Positions 1 through 9,566 of a stretch of DNA of 64,000 bases are shown piece by piece (within the stretch, counting starts at the first letter, position 1; every line of letters starts with the position of its first letter). Both the position numbers and the translations under genes were made by a program. This DNA comes from an uncultured Actinomycetes bacterium. GTDB lineage: Bacteria > Actinomycetota > UBA4738 > HRBIN12. The stretch is taken from assembly GCA_963797635.1 (NCBI GenBank), contig CAWCPZ010000003.1:67339-131338 (forward strand). The letters are read 5' to 3'. Below the pieces are notes generated by a model. It saw nothing but the letters and a program-made list of their open reading frames with translations, searched no databases and was not told the DNA's origin.

Positions 1-2
1 TG

Positions 3-212
3 CGCATGGCACCGATCGCCGCCGGAGTGCAGAGCCCGTCCTCGTCCGTATCGCCGACCTCGGCGTCTCCATCAACCTCCGTCGCAGCGGCCGAAGGAGA
101 CGGCAACGACTCGACGGCCCGAACGTGGATCACGGTCGCCGCGCTCGGGGCGCTGGCGGTCGGGCTGGGGCTGCGGTTCGCGGCAGGACGACGGATGCGC
201 CGAGAGGGCTAG
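3..212 (+). CDS. 3' end of a gene that starts upstream of the window: Ser/Pro-rich linker, one hydrophobic helix and a basic tail (RRMRREG), i.e. a membrane-anchored C-terminus
   Basis: Frame is open from the first base of the window; TAG stop at 210-212; composition matches the C-terminus of a surface or secreted protein. Confidence 0.3.
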   Translation, partial: RMAPIAAGVQSPSSSVSPTSASPSTSVAAAEGDGNDSTARTWITVAALGALAVGLGLRFAAGRRMRREG

Positions 213-807
213 CCCTCCTCACCCGAACCCGGCCCCGATGAGTCGAACGAACCCTGGTCCTCGTTCCAGACGCTTTCGGCCCCCGAGTGGCCCACCTGGT
301 AGACGCGGAAGGATGCCGCCGCCGCCGTCACCACCACCAGGATGCTGAGCACGATGGCGGCCGGCGATCGTGGCGCGAGCCCGGCCGGTCGGATCCGCCC
401 GAGGGATCGGCCTTCCTGCGCTGCGCCCGATCCCAGAGCATCAGCGCGAGCACCGCGACGAAGAACGCCAGCGCGAACCAGACGAACGTGTCGCCGAGTT
501 CGGCGTGACGCTCGAGGAGGGAGGATTCCTTGTCCAGGGCATCCTCGAACGCCTCCCCACTGTCGGCGGCGAGCTTCGACATCACCACGGTGAATCCCGA
601 CAGGACCACGACGATCCATCCGATCCGGGGGCGCCACGACGGCCACACGACGATCCAGACCGCGCCCGCCGCACAGAGCGGGATCAGGACGACGGGGATG
701 TGCACCAGGAGCGGGTGCGCCGGGAGGCCGAAGATGGTCTCGATGTCCACGGACGTGGCTCCCTTACCCCTTGGGACGCTTGAGGTATGCGACGGTCGAA
801 CTCCCAC
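209..807 (-). CDS. Integral membrane protein (DUF2231-like, 3-4 TM helices); C-terminal part may be frameshifted
   Basis: ORF 328..807 encodes TM helices (HIPVVLIPLCAAGAVWIVVW..., FVWFALAFFVAVLALMLW). Another hydrophobic helix plus acidic tail lies in the adjacent frame (209..~420), suggesting an indel near 340-420. Confidence 0.4.
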
Positions 808-932
808 CCGCCGGGGTGGGCTGGGCCACGACGTTCACCAACTCCCAGCCGTCCTGCCCGAACGCGTCCAAGATCTCGCCGGGGTTGTGTTCGAGCAGCG
901 GTGCCACGAAGTACTCCCAGACGGTCACGGCC

Positions 933-1397
933 TCACCCATCGTTGCGTCCCTCCCGTTCCTGGTCGCGGTCCAAACGTTGCGCGGTCTGCTTGATGCAGA
1001 CCCCCATGATGACGTCCAAGCCTCCCGCCGAGGCGATGGCTCCCGCTTCCTCGCTCACGATGTCGAGCTGGAGCCAGAACGCCTTGGCGCCGATCGCCAC
1101 CGCATCGCGGGCGATCTCCGGTGTGTCCTCGGCTCGCCGGAACACGTCGACGATGTCGACGTGGACCTCCTCGGGGATGTCGCGCAGCGAAGGATAGGCC
1201 GTCTCGCCGAGCACCTGGGTCTCACGCGGGTTCACCGGGATGATCCGGTAGCCCCGTTCCTGCAGGGAGTGCCCGATGTCGAGCGACGCGCGGCCAGGTT
1301 TGGACGACAGGCCCACCACCGCGATCGTGCGCGCCTCCGCGAGGATGCGACGGAGCGTCTCGTCGTCCGGCACCACCGGGATCACGGGATCGGCCAC
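933..1397 (-). CDS. CoA-binding domain protein (YccU-like)
   Basis: Translation IAVVGLSSKPGRASLDIGHSLQERGYRIIPVNPRE...AKAFWLQLDIVSEEA is typical of the CoA-binding Rossmann-like family. Confidence 0.8.
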   Translation of the reverse strand: MADPVIPVVPDDETLRRILAEARTIAVVGLSSKPGRASLDIGHSLQERGYRIIPVNPRETQVLGETAYPSLRDIPEEVHVDIVDVFRRAEDTPEIARDAVAIGAKAFWLQLDIVSEEAGAIASAGGLDVIMGVCIKQTAQRLDRDQEREGRNDG

Positions 1398-1966
1398 GAT
1401 GTGTCCTTCCTGATCGTCTCGAGCAACGTGTGGAGCATCCAGCCCGTGGCGCCCCAGATCGTCGCGCCGTCGAGCTCGTAGGCGAACCCTTTCCAGGTCC
1501 TGCCTCCGTCCAGGTCGTAGTGCACCACGGCCTCGGCCTCCGCGAGACGCATCACCGGGAAGGTGAGCACCTCGTCGATCTCCCCGTCGCTCACGGTCAA
1601 CACCGGCATCGTCGCCAGCATGCCCACGAACGGCACGACCAGGATGCCGCTCACGAACGTGTGCACCGACGGCAACGCGCCCACGATCCTCACGGCGTCG
1701 GGATCGAGGCCGAGCTCCTCGTTCACCTCGCGCAGCACCGTCTCGACGAGCGTCTCGCCCGGATCCTGCAGGCCCCCGGGGAAGGAGATCTCGCCCGCAT
1801 GCCGCGACATCGCCGCTGCGCGGACGGTGAACATCAGGGACGGCTCGGGCTGGGTGATCAACGGCGCCAACACGGCGGCGAGGCGGTCTCCGGCCGCCGG
1901 CACGGGTCGGGGATCCTGCTCGAGCGCCGCCTGCAACGCTCCGGCGAGATCGTCAGGAGGTAGCAT
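1382..1966 (-). CDS. NUDIX hydrolase (CoA pyrophosphatase NudL-like)
   Basis: Nudix box GEISFPGGLQDPGETLVETVLREVNEELGL. Overlaps the downstream CoA-binding gene by 16 nt. Start is only 8 nt from the divergent M20 start, so the true start may be internal. Confidence 0.8.
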   Translation of the reverse strand: MLPPDDLAGALQAALEQDPRPVPAAGDRLAAVLAPLITQPEPSLMFTVRAAAMSRHAGEISFPGGLQDPGETLVETVLREVNEELGLDPDAVRIVGALPSVHTFVSGILVVPFVGMLATMPVLTVSDGEIDEVLTFPVMRLAEAEAVVHYDLDGGRTWKGFAYELDGATIWGATGWMLHTLLETIRKDTSWPIP

Positions 1967-1974
1967 CGCGCGCC

Positions 1975-3168
1975 ATGGTAGATGAGCCGTCGAACCTGGC
2001 CGGGGCCGCCGCCGATGCCGTCGATCCGGACGAGGTCGTCACCTTCACCCGATCGCTGATCGCCGCCCGAAGTGAGAATCCCGGCGGCACCGAGGACGAC
2101 GCTGCCGATGTCGCCGTCTCGATCCTCCGCGGGCTGGGTGCCGATCCCACGATCGTTCGCTCTGACGCGGGACGCCCCAGCGTGGTCGCCGCGATCGGGG
2201 ACGGAGGCCGACCACACCTGGCGTGGAACGGCCACCTCGACGTCGTGCCGGCCGGATCGCCCGACACCTGGACGTCGGATCCCTGGGCGGGAGCGATCCA
2301 CGACGGACGCCTCGTGGGGCGTGGCTCGGCCGACATGAAAGGGCCGATCGGGGCGGCGCTCGCGGCGGCGGCGGCCCTCGTGCGGTCGGGGGTCGAACGC
2401 CGCGGCACCCTGGTGTTCCACCTCGCCGCCGACGAGGAGCTGGCCGGCATCCACGGCACGAAGGTGCTGTGGGAGCGCGGCCTGCTCGATCAGGACGCGT
2501 GCATCGTGGGCGAGCCCAGCGAACTCCAGCTGGGGCTGGCCGAGCGAGGCGGCGCCTGGTTCACCGCGACCGCGTACGGAAGGGCCGCCCACGGCTCGCA
2601 GCCGCATCGAGGCGTCAACGCGATCACGTCGATGGCCCGGTTCCTGCTCCGCCTGCCCGAGGTGCTTCCCGATCTGGAGCATCCGCTCACCGGCCGCCCC
2701 ACGGTCAACGCCGCGCTGATCACCGGTGGCAGCGCCCCCAACGTGGTGCCCGATCGCTGCCAGGTCGATATCGACCGGCGCATCTCCCCCGGCGAGACCG
2801 ACCCCGAACAGGTGCGCGCGCCGTTCCTGGCGCTGGTCGCCGACCTGCAGCGGGACCACCCGGAGCTGGAGATCGACGTCGAACTTCGCGAATGGACCGA
2901 CGCCGCCGAGGCCTCCCCCGACACCGAGATCGTCCGGATCGCCCGGGACGCCGTCGCGGCCCAGACCGGGTCCTCACCGGCCTCGGTCGGGTTCACCGGC
3001 ATCACCGACGCCCGCTTCTACATCAACCAGGCGGAGATCCCCACGGTGATCCTGGGCCCGGGTTCGCTCACGGTGGCGCACACCGCGGGCGAATCGATCG
3101 ACGTGGACGAACTCGTGGCGGGCGCTCGCAGCTACGCTCGGATCTTCGCCACGTTCCTGGGCCGCTGA
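1975..3168 (+). CDS. M20 family metallopeptidase (ArgE/DapE-type deacylase)
   Basis: Motifs HLDVVPAG, GRGSADMKG, DEELAGIHG and a C-terminal dimerisation domain; 397 aa. Confidence 0.85.
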   Translation: MVDEPSNLAGAAADAVDPDEVVTFTRSLIAARSENPGGTEDDAADVAVSILRGLGADPTIVRSDAGRPSVVAAIGDGGRPHLAWNGHLDVVPAGSPDTWTSDPWAGAIHDGRLVGRGSADMKGPIGAALAAAAALVRSGVERRGTLVFHLAADEELAGIHGTKVLWERGLLDQDACIVGEPSELQLGLAERGGAWFTATAYGRAAHGSQPHRGVNAITSMARFLLRLPEVLPDLEHPLTGRPTVNAALITGGSAPNVVPDRCQVDIDRRISPGETDPEQVRAPFLALVADLQRDHPELEIDVELREWTDAAEASPDTEIVRIARDAVAAQTGSSPASVGFTGITDARFYINQAEIPTVILGPGSLTVAHTAGESIDVDELVAGARSYARIFATFLGR

Positions 3169-3205
3169 AACGGGCCGAACCGGTTGGCGGGGGTATCCTT
3201 GATGC

Positions 3206-3559
3206 ATGTCGACGCAAGCCGAACCCCGCCAGGTGCTCACCGTCACGGACGGAGCCGCGCGCAAAGCCGCACAGCTCGCCGAGCGTGAGGGCCGGCCGGG
3301 AGCCCACCTTCGTGTGCGCGTGACCGCGGGCGGGTGCTCGGGGTTCAGCTACCAGCTCTCGTTCACCGACCAGGTCGAAGCCGACGACCTCGTCATCGAC
3401 GGAGCCGACGGCTTCCGCGTGCTGGTCGACCCCCGGAGCGCGCCGATCATCGAGGGCTCGACGCTCGAGTTCGACGACGCGCTGCTCGGCGGCGGGCTGA
3501 AGATGCGGAACCCGCAGGTGACCCACGAGTGCGCCTGCGGCGACTCCTTCAGCGTCTGA
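3206..3559 (+). CDS. HesB/IscA/ErpA family iron-sulfur cluster insertion protein
   Basis: GGCSGFSY ... CACGDSF cysteine triad; 117 aa. Confidence 0.9.
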   Translation: MSTQAEPRQVLTVTDGAARKAAQLAEREGRPGAHLRVRVTAGGCSGFSYQLSFTDQVEADDLVIDGADGFRVLVDPRSAPIIEGSTLEFDDALLGGGLKMRNPQVTHECACGDSFSV

Positions 3560-3573
3560 AGGGCCGACCTGCG

Positions 3574-3957
3574 TCAGGTGACCTGGAGCTTGCCCGTCAT
3601 CTGTGAGTGGATCTCGCAGTGGAACCCTGCCGAGTTCTCCAGGCTCACGGCCACCATCACGGTCTCGCCGGCCGGGATGGGCTCGTCGATCACCCCGGTG
3701 TCGAGGGTGAACGTGTGATCGACCGTGTCGCTGTTGGTGATCGTGATCTCGGTCGTTCCGCGTACGACGGGCAACACGCTGGGCTCATACGCCAGGTCGG
3801 CGATCGCGAGGGCCGCCGTGCCCGGCAGCACGTCGCCGTCCTGGCCGGTGGTGGGTTCCTCGTCACCGCCGCTCGAGCAGCCGGCCATGGAGAGCATCAG
3901 CACCACCGCGACGCACAGAGACACCCAACTGGTTCCGTGGCGAGTTCGGTGGCGCAT
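3574..3957 (-). CDS. Cupredoxin (type-1 blue copper) lipoprotein
   Basis: Lipobox LSMAGCSS. Cu ligands His (VDHTF) and FHCEIHSQMTG (Cys-His-Met). About 100-aa mature beta-sandwich. Confidence 0.8.
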   Translation of the reverse strand: MRHRTRHGTSWVSLCVAVVLMLSMAGCSSGGDEEPTTGQDGDVLPGTAALAIADLAYEPSVLPVVRGTTEITITNSDTVDHTFTLDTGVIDEPIPAGETVMVAVSLENSAGFHCEIHSQMTGKLQVT

Positions 3958-4022
3958 CGCTCCCCCTCGTGATCGGTCGATCGTTCCCGCAGCAGCCTAG
4001 TCCACTCGGGAACCCGACGCGA

Positions 4023-4406
4023 TCAGGCGACGGTGAGGGTGCCGGTCATCTGGTCGGGGTGGTACTTGCAGTGGAAGGGCGCGTCGGCGCTGACGTCCAC
4101 CGTCACCGTCACGGACTCGCCGGGCTCCACGTCCTCGCTGACGCTGTCGTCGTCGAGCGTGAAGTTGTGCTCGACCGACCCGGAGTTCGTCACGGTGATC
4201 GTGCTCTCGCCCGAGGGCACGGCCAAGGTATCCGGCGAGAACGAGAAGTCCTCGGCCGTGATCGTGAGCCCGGCCGCCCCGCCCGATGCGCTCGCTGCGC
4301 TCGAGGGGGTCGAGCCGCCCGGATCGCCGTCGTCGCTGCTGCACGCGGCCAGGCTCAGCGTGAGCAGCACCATCACCACGATGGATGTCGTCGTTCGCGT
4401 TCGCAT
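4023..4406 (-). CDS. Cupredoxin (type-1 blue copper) lipoprotein, tandem paralog
   Basis: Lipobox [13 protein letters not shown] ... [12 protein letters not shown]. Same architecture as the neighbouring gene. Confidence 0.8.
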   Translation of the reverse strand: MRTRTTTSIVVMVLLTLSLAACSSDDGDPGGSTPSSAASASGGAAGLTITAEDFSFSPDTLAVPSGESTITVTNSGSVEHNFTLDDDSVSEDVEPGESVTVTVDVSADAPFHCKYHPDQMTGTLTVA

Positions 4407-4524
4407 GCTTGCCTCTCCCCCGTCTGCAGTCTCGGACGGGGGTACTACGGACGGGGGGCGGTTCCGGTTTCCTCGGGGGGTGCCCTCAGGGGCCTGCCCG
4501 GACCTGGGCTATGCTGCGCGCATC

Positions 4525-5655
4525 ATGCCGTCGTCCGCCGACAAGACCCAATGGCGAGACCTGTACCACGAGGTCGTGACGACCGGGCTCTGCACGGGCT
4601 GCACGGCGTGCATCGTGACGTGCCCGTTCCACGTGCTCGGGTACGAGGACGACCTTCCGGTCCAGCTCCAGGAAGAGGGGCCCGACCAGTGTTCACACGG
4701 CGAGAAGGGCTGCGACATCTGCACCCGCGCCTGCCCCCGTTTCCGCGATTGGGAAGGCGAGATCGACACGTCGATCTTCGGCATGACGCGCAAGCCCGAG
4801 GAGCTGATCGGCGTCCACAAGGAGATCACCCTCGCTCGTGCCACCGACGCCACGTCACTGATGACCGGCCAGGACGGCGGCGTGGTCAGCGCCCTGCTGC
4901 TGTGGGGGTTGGAGCGCGGTGAGATCGACGGCGCGTGCACCTCGAAGCTCTCCGATGAGCGCCGCTGGGACGCCGAGCCCACGGTCGTCACCGATGCCGA
5001 AGGCGTTCGGGCCACCGCGGGCTCCCGCTACACCTATTCGGCCAACCCCTTGGCGCTGCTCAAGGCCGCCGAGTTGGGCCTGTCGAAGGTCGCGCTCGTC
5101 GGCATGGGCTGTCAGGCCAGCGTCACCGGCTCGATGGAGGCCCGGCGGGTCAACAAGTGGCGCAAGAAGATCGCGTGGACCTTCGGGCTGCTGTGCTCGA
5201 AGTCCTTCACCTACGACGGGCTCATGAACGAGATCGCCCAACAGGAGCTCGGGCTCGACCTGGACCACCTCGCCCGCGTGAACGTGAAGGGCAAGTTGCT
5301 GTTCTACACCGATACCGGCGACGAGGTGACCTACTCGCTGAAGCAGGCACACCGGTTCACCCGGCCCGGATGTCTGCGCTGCCCCGACTTCGCCGCAGAG
5401 CACGCCGACATCTCGTTCGGGGGTCTCGGTCAGTCCGACGGATGGACCCTGACGATCGTGCGCACCGACCGAGGGGCGGACCTGTGGTCGCGAGCGCTGG
5501 CGGACGGCGTCATCGAGGCTCGTCCGGCCACGGAGGATCCCAAAGCGGTGGAACTGATGTTCAAGCTGGCCGCCAGGTCGCGGGAACGATGGCCGTCCGC
5601 CGACGAACTCCCCACGGCGGCCGCGACACCGGGCATGGTCGCAGACCCCGCCTAG
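4525..5655 (+). CDS. Coenzyme F420 hydrogenase/dehydrogenase beta-subunit (FrhB/FdhB) family protein with N-terminal 4Fe-4S cluster region
   Basis: [12 protein letters not shown] ... CDICTRACP ferredoxin-like Cys clusters followed by an FrhB-like flavin/Fe-S domain ([11 protein letters not shown]..., [20 protein letters not shown]). The track ORF 4033..5655 is 5'-extended through the antisense of the cupredoxin gene; ATG at 4525 is the first plausible start. Confidence 0.7.
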   Translation: MPSSADKTQWRDLYHEVVTTGLCTGCTACIVTCPFHVLGYEDDLPVQLQEEGPDQCSHGEKGCDICTRACPRFRDWEGEIDTSIFGMTRKPEELIGVHKEITLARATDATSLMTGQDGGVVSALLLWGLERGEIDGACTSKLSDERRWDAEPTVVTDAEGVRATAGSRYTYSANPLALLKAAELGLSKVALVGMGCQASVTGSMEARRVNKWRKKIAWTFGLLCSKSFTYDGLMNEIAQQELGLDLDHLARVNVKGKLLFYTDTGDEVTYSLKQAHRFTRPGCLRCPDFAAEHADISFGGLGQSDGWTLTIVRTDRGADLWSRALADGVIEARPATEDPKAVELMFKLAARSRERWPSADELPTAAATPGMVADPA

Positions 5656-5784
5656 CCCGTTCGAACCATCGCCGAAACCCCTATCGTCGAGGGCTTCACC
5701 GGGACCATCTCCGGCCGATAATCCCCTCAGGGCCCCACGAGGGGTTGTGATCGACGCGCCCGAACCCGGGCGGGGAGCGAGCGG

Positions 5785-8700
5785 TTGTCGGATACGGCGC
5801 GAGCGGCGCGAGAACCACGGACATCGGCCTTGCGACACGGCGCCATCCTGGAAGCCGTGGCGTTCGCGGCCGAGCGTCTGTTGCTCACCCCCGACTGGCG
5901 GGATGCCGCTGACGAGGTCCTGGCCCGGATCGGTGCCGCCGCCGACGTCTCCCGCGCCTACATCATCGAGAACCATTTCGACGATGAGGAGGAGTTGCTG
6001 GGCAGCGTGCGCTTCGAGTGGTGCGCCCCCGGGATCGAGTCGCAGAAGGACAACACGTTCCTGAACGACGCGCCGTGGCGCGACCTGCCGCGCTGGGCCG
6101 CATGGCACGCCGCAGGGGAGCCGGTGGTCTCGGCCGTCGCCGACCTCCCGGCCGAGGAGCGACCGGAGTTCGAAGCCCAGGGCACCCTCTCGATCGCCGA
6201 GCATCCCGTGTTCACCGGGGATTGGTGGTGGGGCGCGATCGGGTTCGACGATTGCGAGGAGGCCAGGATCTGGGGACCCGCCGAGGAGCAGGCATTGCGC
6301 GCCACCGCCACGTTGTTGGGCGCGGCGATCACGCGTCAACGGGTCGACGAACAGCGCCGGCGGGCTGAAGACCGATGGGGCCACGTCGTGGAGCTGATCC
6401 CCGCCGTCACCTACTCCGACGAACTGGACTCGGACAACGTCGTGCGGATGGGATTCGTGAGCCCGCAGATCGAGCAGATCCTGGGCTTCCCGCCCGAGCG
6501 CTTCCTGGAGGATGCCCGCTTCTGGTTCAGCCTGATGCACCCGGACGACCGGGCGCGGTTGGAGGCGGCGGGAGCGTTCAGCGCCGAAGACACCGAGCCG
6601 TTCGACGAGGAATACCGGATGCGTGCTGCCGACGGGACCTACCGGTGGGTCCACGACGGCTCGCAGGCGATCTACCGCGACGACGGCAGCGTCGACTACT
6701 TCCTCGGGTTCATGACCGACATCACCGCCAGCCGCGCCGCCCAGCACCAGCTCCGGGTTGCCGACGAGCGGTTCCGCACGATCGTCGAACAGACCCCGGC
6801 GGTGACGTATCAGGAGTATCTGAACGGGGGCGTCTACGACGGCGACCAGGTCGAAACGTTCGTGAGCCCGCACATCAAGGGGCTGCTCGGGTACACACAG
6901 GAGGAGTGGCGACGTCCCGGGTTCTGGCGGCAGGCCACCCACCCCGACGATCTGCCGCTGATCGATGCCGAGAGCGACCGGGTGATCGCCGCCGGAGAGC
7001 GGACCTACCGGCAGGACTATCGGATGGTCGCCAAGGATGGACAGATCGTGTGGTTCCGCGACGAGTCGGTCCTGATCGACGACGCCGATGGCGAGCCGCT
7101 GCTGTGGCAGGGCGTGATGATCGACATCACCGACCGCAAGCACGCGGAACAGCAGCTCGCCCAGGCCGAGGAGCGGTTCCGGCTGCTGGTCGAGCGCTCA
7201 CCGGCCATCGTGTACATGGAACTGCCGTCCGAGGGGTTGGAGGCGGGATCCGTGGCCTACGTGAGCCCGCAGATCTCCACCTTGCTGGGTGTGCCACAGG
7301 AGGCGTGGCAGGAGCCCGGCGCCTGGGCGGCGATGATGCATCCCGACGACCGCGAGCGGGTCGTCAAGGACGGTACCGCCACGAGGGTGGCCGGGGAGCC
7401 ATGGGTGGCCGAGTACCGGATGATCGCTGCCGACGGACGGGTGGTGTGGTTCCACGACGAGTCGGTCCTGGTCCTCGACGAACGGGGCGCGCCGTCGATG
7501 TGGCAGGGCATCATGGTCGACATCACCGACCAGAAGGCGGCCGAGCAGCGTGTCCGCGAAGCCGAGGAGCGGCACCGCGCGCTGGTCGAACACATCCCCG
7601 CGATCGTGTACGCGGAAGGCCTCGACGCCAACCCCGAGGATCTCTACGTGAGTCCGCAGGTGGAACGGATCCTGGGCTACACCCCCGATCAGTGGCGGTG
7701 GACGGCGGACTTCTGGAAGCAGCACGTGCACCCCGACGACCTGGCCGGCGTCGTCGAGATCAACGATCGGGTGAACGAATCGGGTGCCACCTTCCTCGCT
7801 GAATACCGGTTCCGGGCCGCCGACGGGTCCTACCGATGGCTGCGCGACGAAGCGGTCCGCGTGCACGACGACGACGGCCGGCCGTTGTTCTGGCAGGGCG
7901 TGATGCTGGATATCACCGATCAGAAGCGTGCTCAGCAGGACCTGCGTGAGGCCGATGAGCGCTACCGCGCCGTGGTCGAACACATCCCGGCGGTCGTCTA
8001 CACCGAGGCCCCGGATGCCGATCCGGCCAAGTTCTACATCAGCCCGCAGGTCACCGACCTGTTCGGCTACACGGCCGACGAATGGACCTGGACCGCCGAC
8101 TTCTGGCGCGATCGCATCCACCCGGATGACGCGGAGACGGTCGTCGCCGCGGACGAGCGGTCCAACGAGACGCTGGAGGCCTACACGCTGGACTACCGAT
8201 TCCGGCACCGGGACGGCCACTGGGTGTGGGTGCGTGATGAGGCCACGTTCGTGCCGGAGCTGGACGGTGAGGGCTTCTGGCAGGGGTTCATGCTCGACAT
8301 CACCGAACGCAAGCACGCCGAGGACCAGCTCCGGGAGGCCGAGCTGAAGTTCCGCACGATCGTGGAGCAGAACCAGGCGATCTTCTATACCCAGGACATC
8401 GATCCCGACGATCCGGCGGTGTCGCGCACCACCTACATCGCCCCCGGCAACACCGAGATGCTCGGCTACACGCTGGAGGACATCCAGGACGACCCGACGT
8501 TGTGGCGGGCGATCGTCCACCCCGACGACCGGGAGCGGGTGTTCGAAGCCGACGCCGAGAGCAACCTGGGTGAGGGCGACTCCGCCTTCTCGATGGAATA
8601 CCGGATGATCAGCAAGGACGGGCGCATCGTCTGGGTCCAGGATGAGGCCACGCTGGTGCGTCTGCCGGGCAAGCCCCCCTACTGGCAGGGATTCCTGCTC

Positions 8701-9555
8701 GACGTCACCGAGCGCAAGGAAGCCGAGGCGCAGCTCGAGCGCGCCCTCGACGTGGAGCGCGACGCCACCCAGCGCCTGCGGGCGCTCGATGAGATGAAGA
8801 ACACGTTCCTGCAGGCGGTCTCACACGACCTGCGCACGCCGCTCGCAGCGATCCTCGGCCTCGCGATCACCTTGGAACGCGGGGACATCCAGATCGATGA
8901 CGACGACGCGAAGGATCTGGCGCATCGCATCGCTTCGAACGCGCGCCGATTGGACCGCATGGTGACGAACCTGCTCGACCTCGACCGGCTCGCGCGCGGC
9001 ATCGTGGCTCCCAAGCTCGAGTCGACCGACGTCGGCGCCCTCCTCCAGCGTGTCCTCGACGAGACCGACCTCATCGAGGATTCGCGGCTGGTGACCGACC
9101 TTCAACCCGTCGTCCAACCGATCGACGCCGCGAAGGTCGAGCGCATCGTGGAGAACCTGCTGGCCAACACCGTGCGACACACCCCATCGAACGCGTCGAT
9201 CTGGGTGCGGGTGTGGCCCGAACCCGACGGCGTCACGATCGCGGTCGAGGACAGCGGGCCCGGGGTCCCGGTCGAGATCCGCGACATCGTGTTCGAACCC
9301 TTCCGCCAGGGGCCCGAAGCGCCACAGCACTCTCCTGGCGTCGGCGTCGGACTGACGCTGGTGCGTCGGTTCGCCGAGTTGCACGGCGGACGCGCGTGGG
9401 TCCAGGAACGGGACGGCGGCGGTGCCTCGTTCCGGGTGTTCCTGCCGGCGGCCGGCCCGACCGAGCTGGTGCCGCCCGACGACCACGAGGCATCCCGTGC
9501 TTCGGCCGGCTTGTCGGCGCTCCTGCCGCCGGCCGGCTTGGACGAGGTGTCCTGA
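5785..9555 (+). CDS. Cytoplasmic sensor histidine kinase: GAF, six tandem PAS/PAC, HisKA, HATPase_c
   Basis: Six ~125-aa repeats with a recurring pattern ((V/I)SPQ...LGY...W...HPDD...YR(M/F)...DG...W(F/V)...DE...WQG(V/I)M(L/I)DIT(D/E)RK). Then an H-box (VSHDLRTPLAAILG) and N/G-boxes. No TM helices. Apparent TTG start. No cognate response regulator adjacent. Confidence 0.85.
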   Translation: MSDTARAAREPRTSALRHGAILEAVAFAAERLLLTPDWRDAADEVLARIGAAADVSRAYIIENHFDDEEELLGSVRFEWCAPGIESQKDNTFLNDAPWRDLPRWAAWHAAGEPVVSAVADLPAEERPEFEAQGTLSIAEHPVFTGDWWWGAIGFDDCEEARIWGPAEEQALRATATLLGAAITRQRVDEQRRRAEDRWGHVVELIPAVTYSDELDSDNVVRMGFVSPQIEQILGFPPERFLEDARFWFSLMHPDDRARLEAAGAFSAEDTEPFDEEYRMRAADGTYRWVHDGSQAIYRDDGSVDYFLGFMTDITASRAAQHQLRVADERFRTIVEQTPAVTYQEYLNGGVYDGDQVETFVSPHIKGLLGYTQEEWRRPGFWRQATHPDDLPLIDAESDRVIAAGERTYRQDYRMVAKDGQIVWFRDESVLIDDADGEPLLWQGVMIDITDRKHAEQQLAQAEERFRLLVERSPAIVYMELPSEGLEAGSVAYVSPQISTLLGVPQEAWQEPGAWAAMMHPDDRERVVKDGTATRVAGEPWVAEYRMIAADGRVVWFHDESVLVLDERGAPSMWQGIMVDITDQKAAEQRVREAEERHRALVEHIPAIVYAEGLDANPEDLYVSPQVERILGYTPDQWRWTADFWKQHVHPDDLAGVVEINDRVNESGATFLAEYRFRAADGSYRWLRDEAVRVHDDDGRPLFWQGVMLDITDQKRAQQDLREADERYRAVVEHIPAVVYTEAPDADPAKFYISPQVTDLFGYTADEWTWTADFWRDRIHPDDAETVVAADERSNETLEAYTLDYRFRHRDGHWVWVRDEATFVPELDGEGFWQGFMLDITERKHAEDQLREAELKFRTIVEQNQAIFYTQDIDPDDPAVSRTTYIAPGNTEMLGYTLEDIQDDPTLWRAIVHPDDRERVFEADAESNLGEGDSAFSMEYRMISKDGRIVWVQDEATLVRLPGKPPYWQGFLLDVTERKEAEAQLERALDVERDATQRLRALDEMKNTFLQAVSHDLRTPLAAILGLAITLERGDIQIDDDDAKDLAHRIASNARRLDRMVTNLLDLDRLARGIVAPKLESTDVGALLQRVLDETDLIEDSRLVTDLQPVVQPIDAAKVERIVENLLANTVRHTPSNASIWVRVWPEPDGVTIAVEDSGPGVPVEIRDIVFEPFRQGPEAPQHSPGVGVGLTLVRRFAELHGGRAWVQERDGGGASFRVFLPAAGPTELVPPDDHEASRASAGLSALLPPAGLDEVS

Positions 9556-9566
9556 GCCGACCGCTC

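Noticed and set aside
4855-8520. Long minus-strand ORFs (4855..7143, 762 aa; 7198..8520, 440 aa) antisense to the PAS histidine kinase
   Set aside because: Their translations are Arg/Gly/Pro-rich low-complexity with no domain signal. They are typical GC-rich shadow ORFs opposite a well-supported gene.
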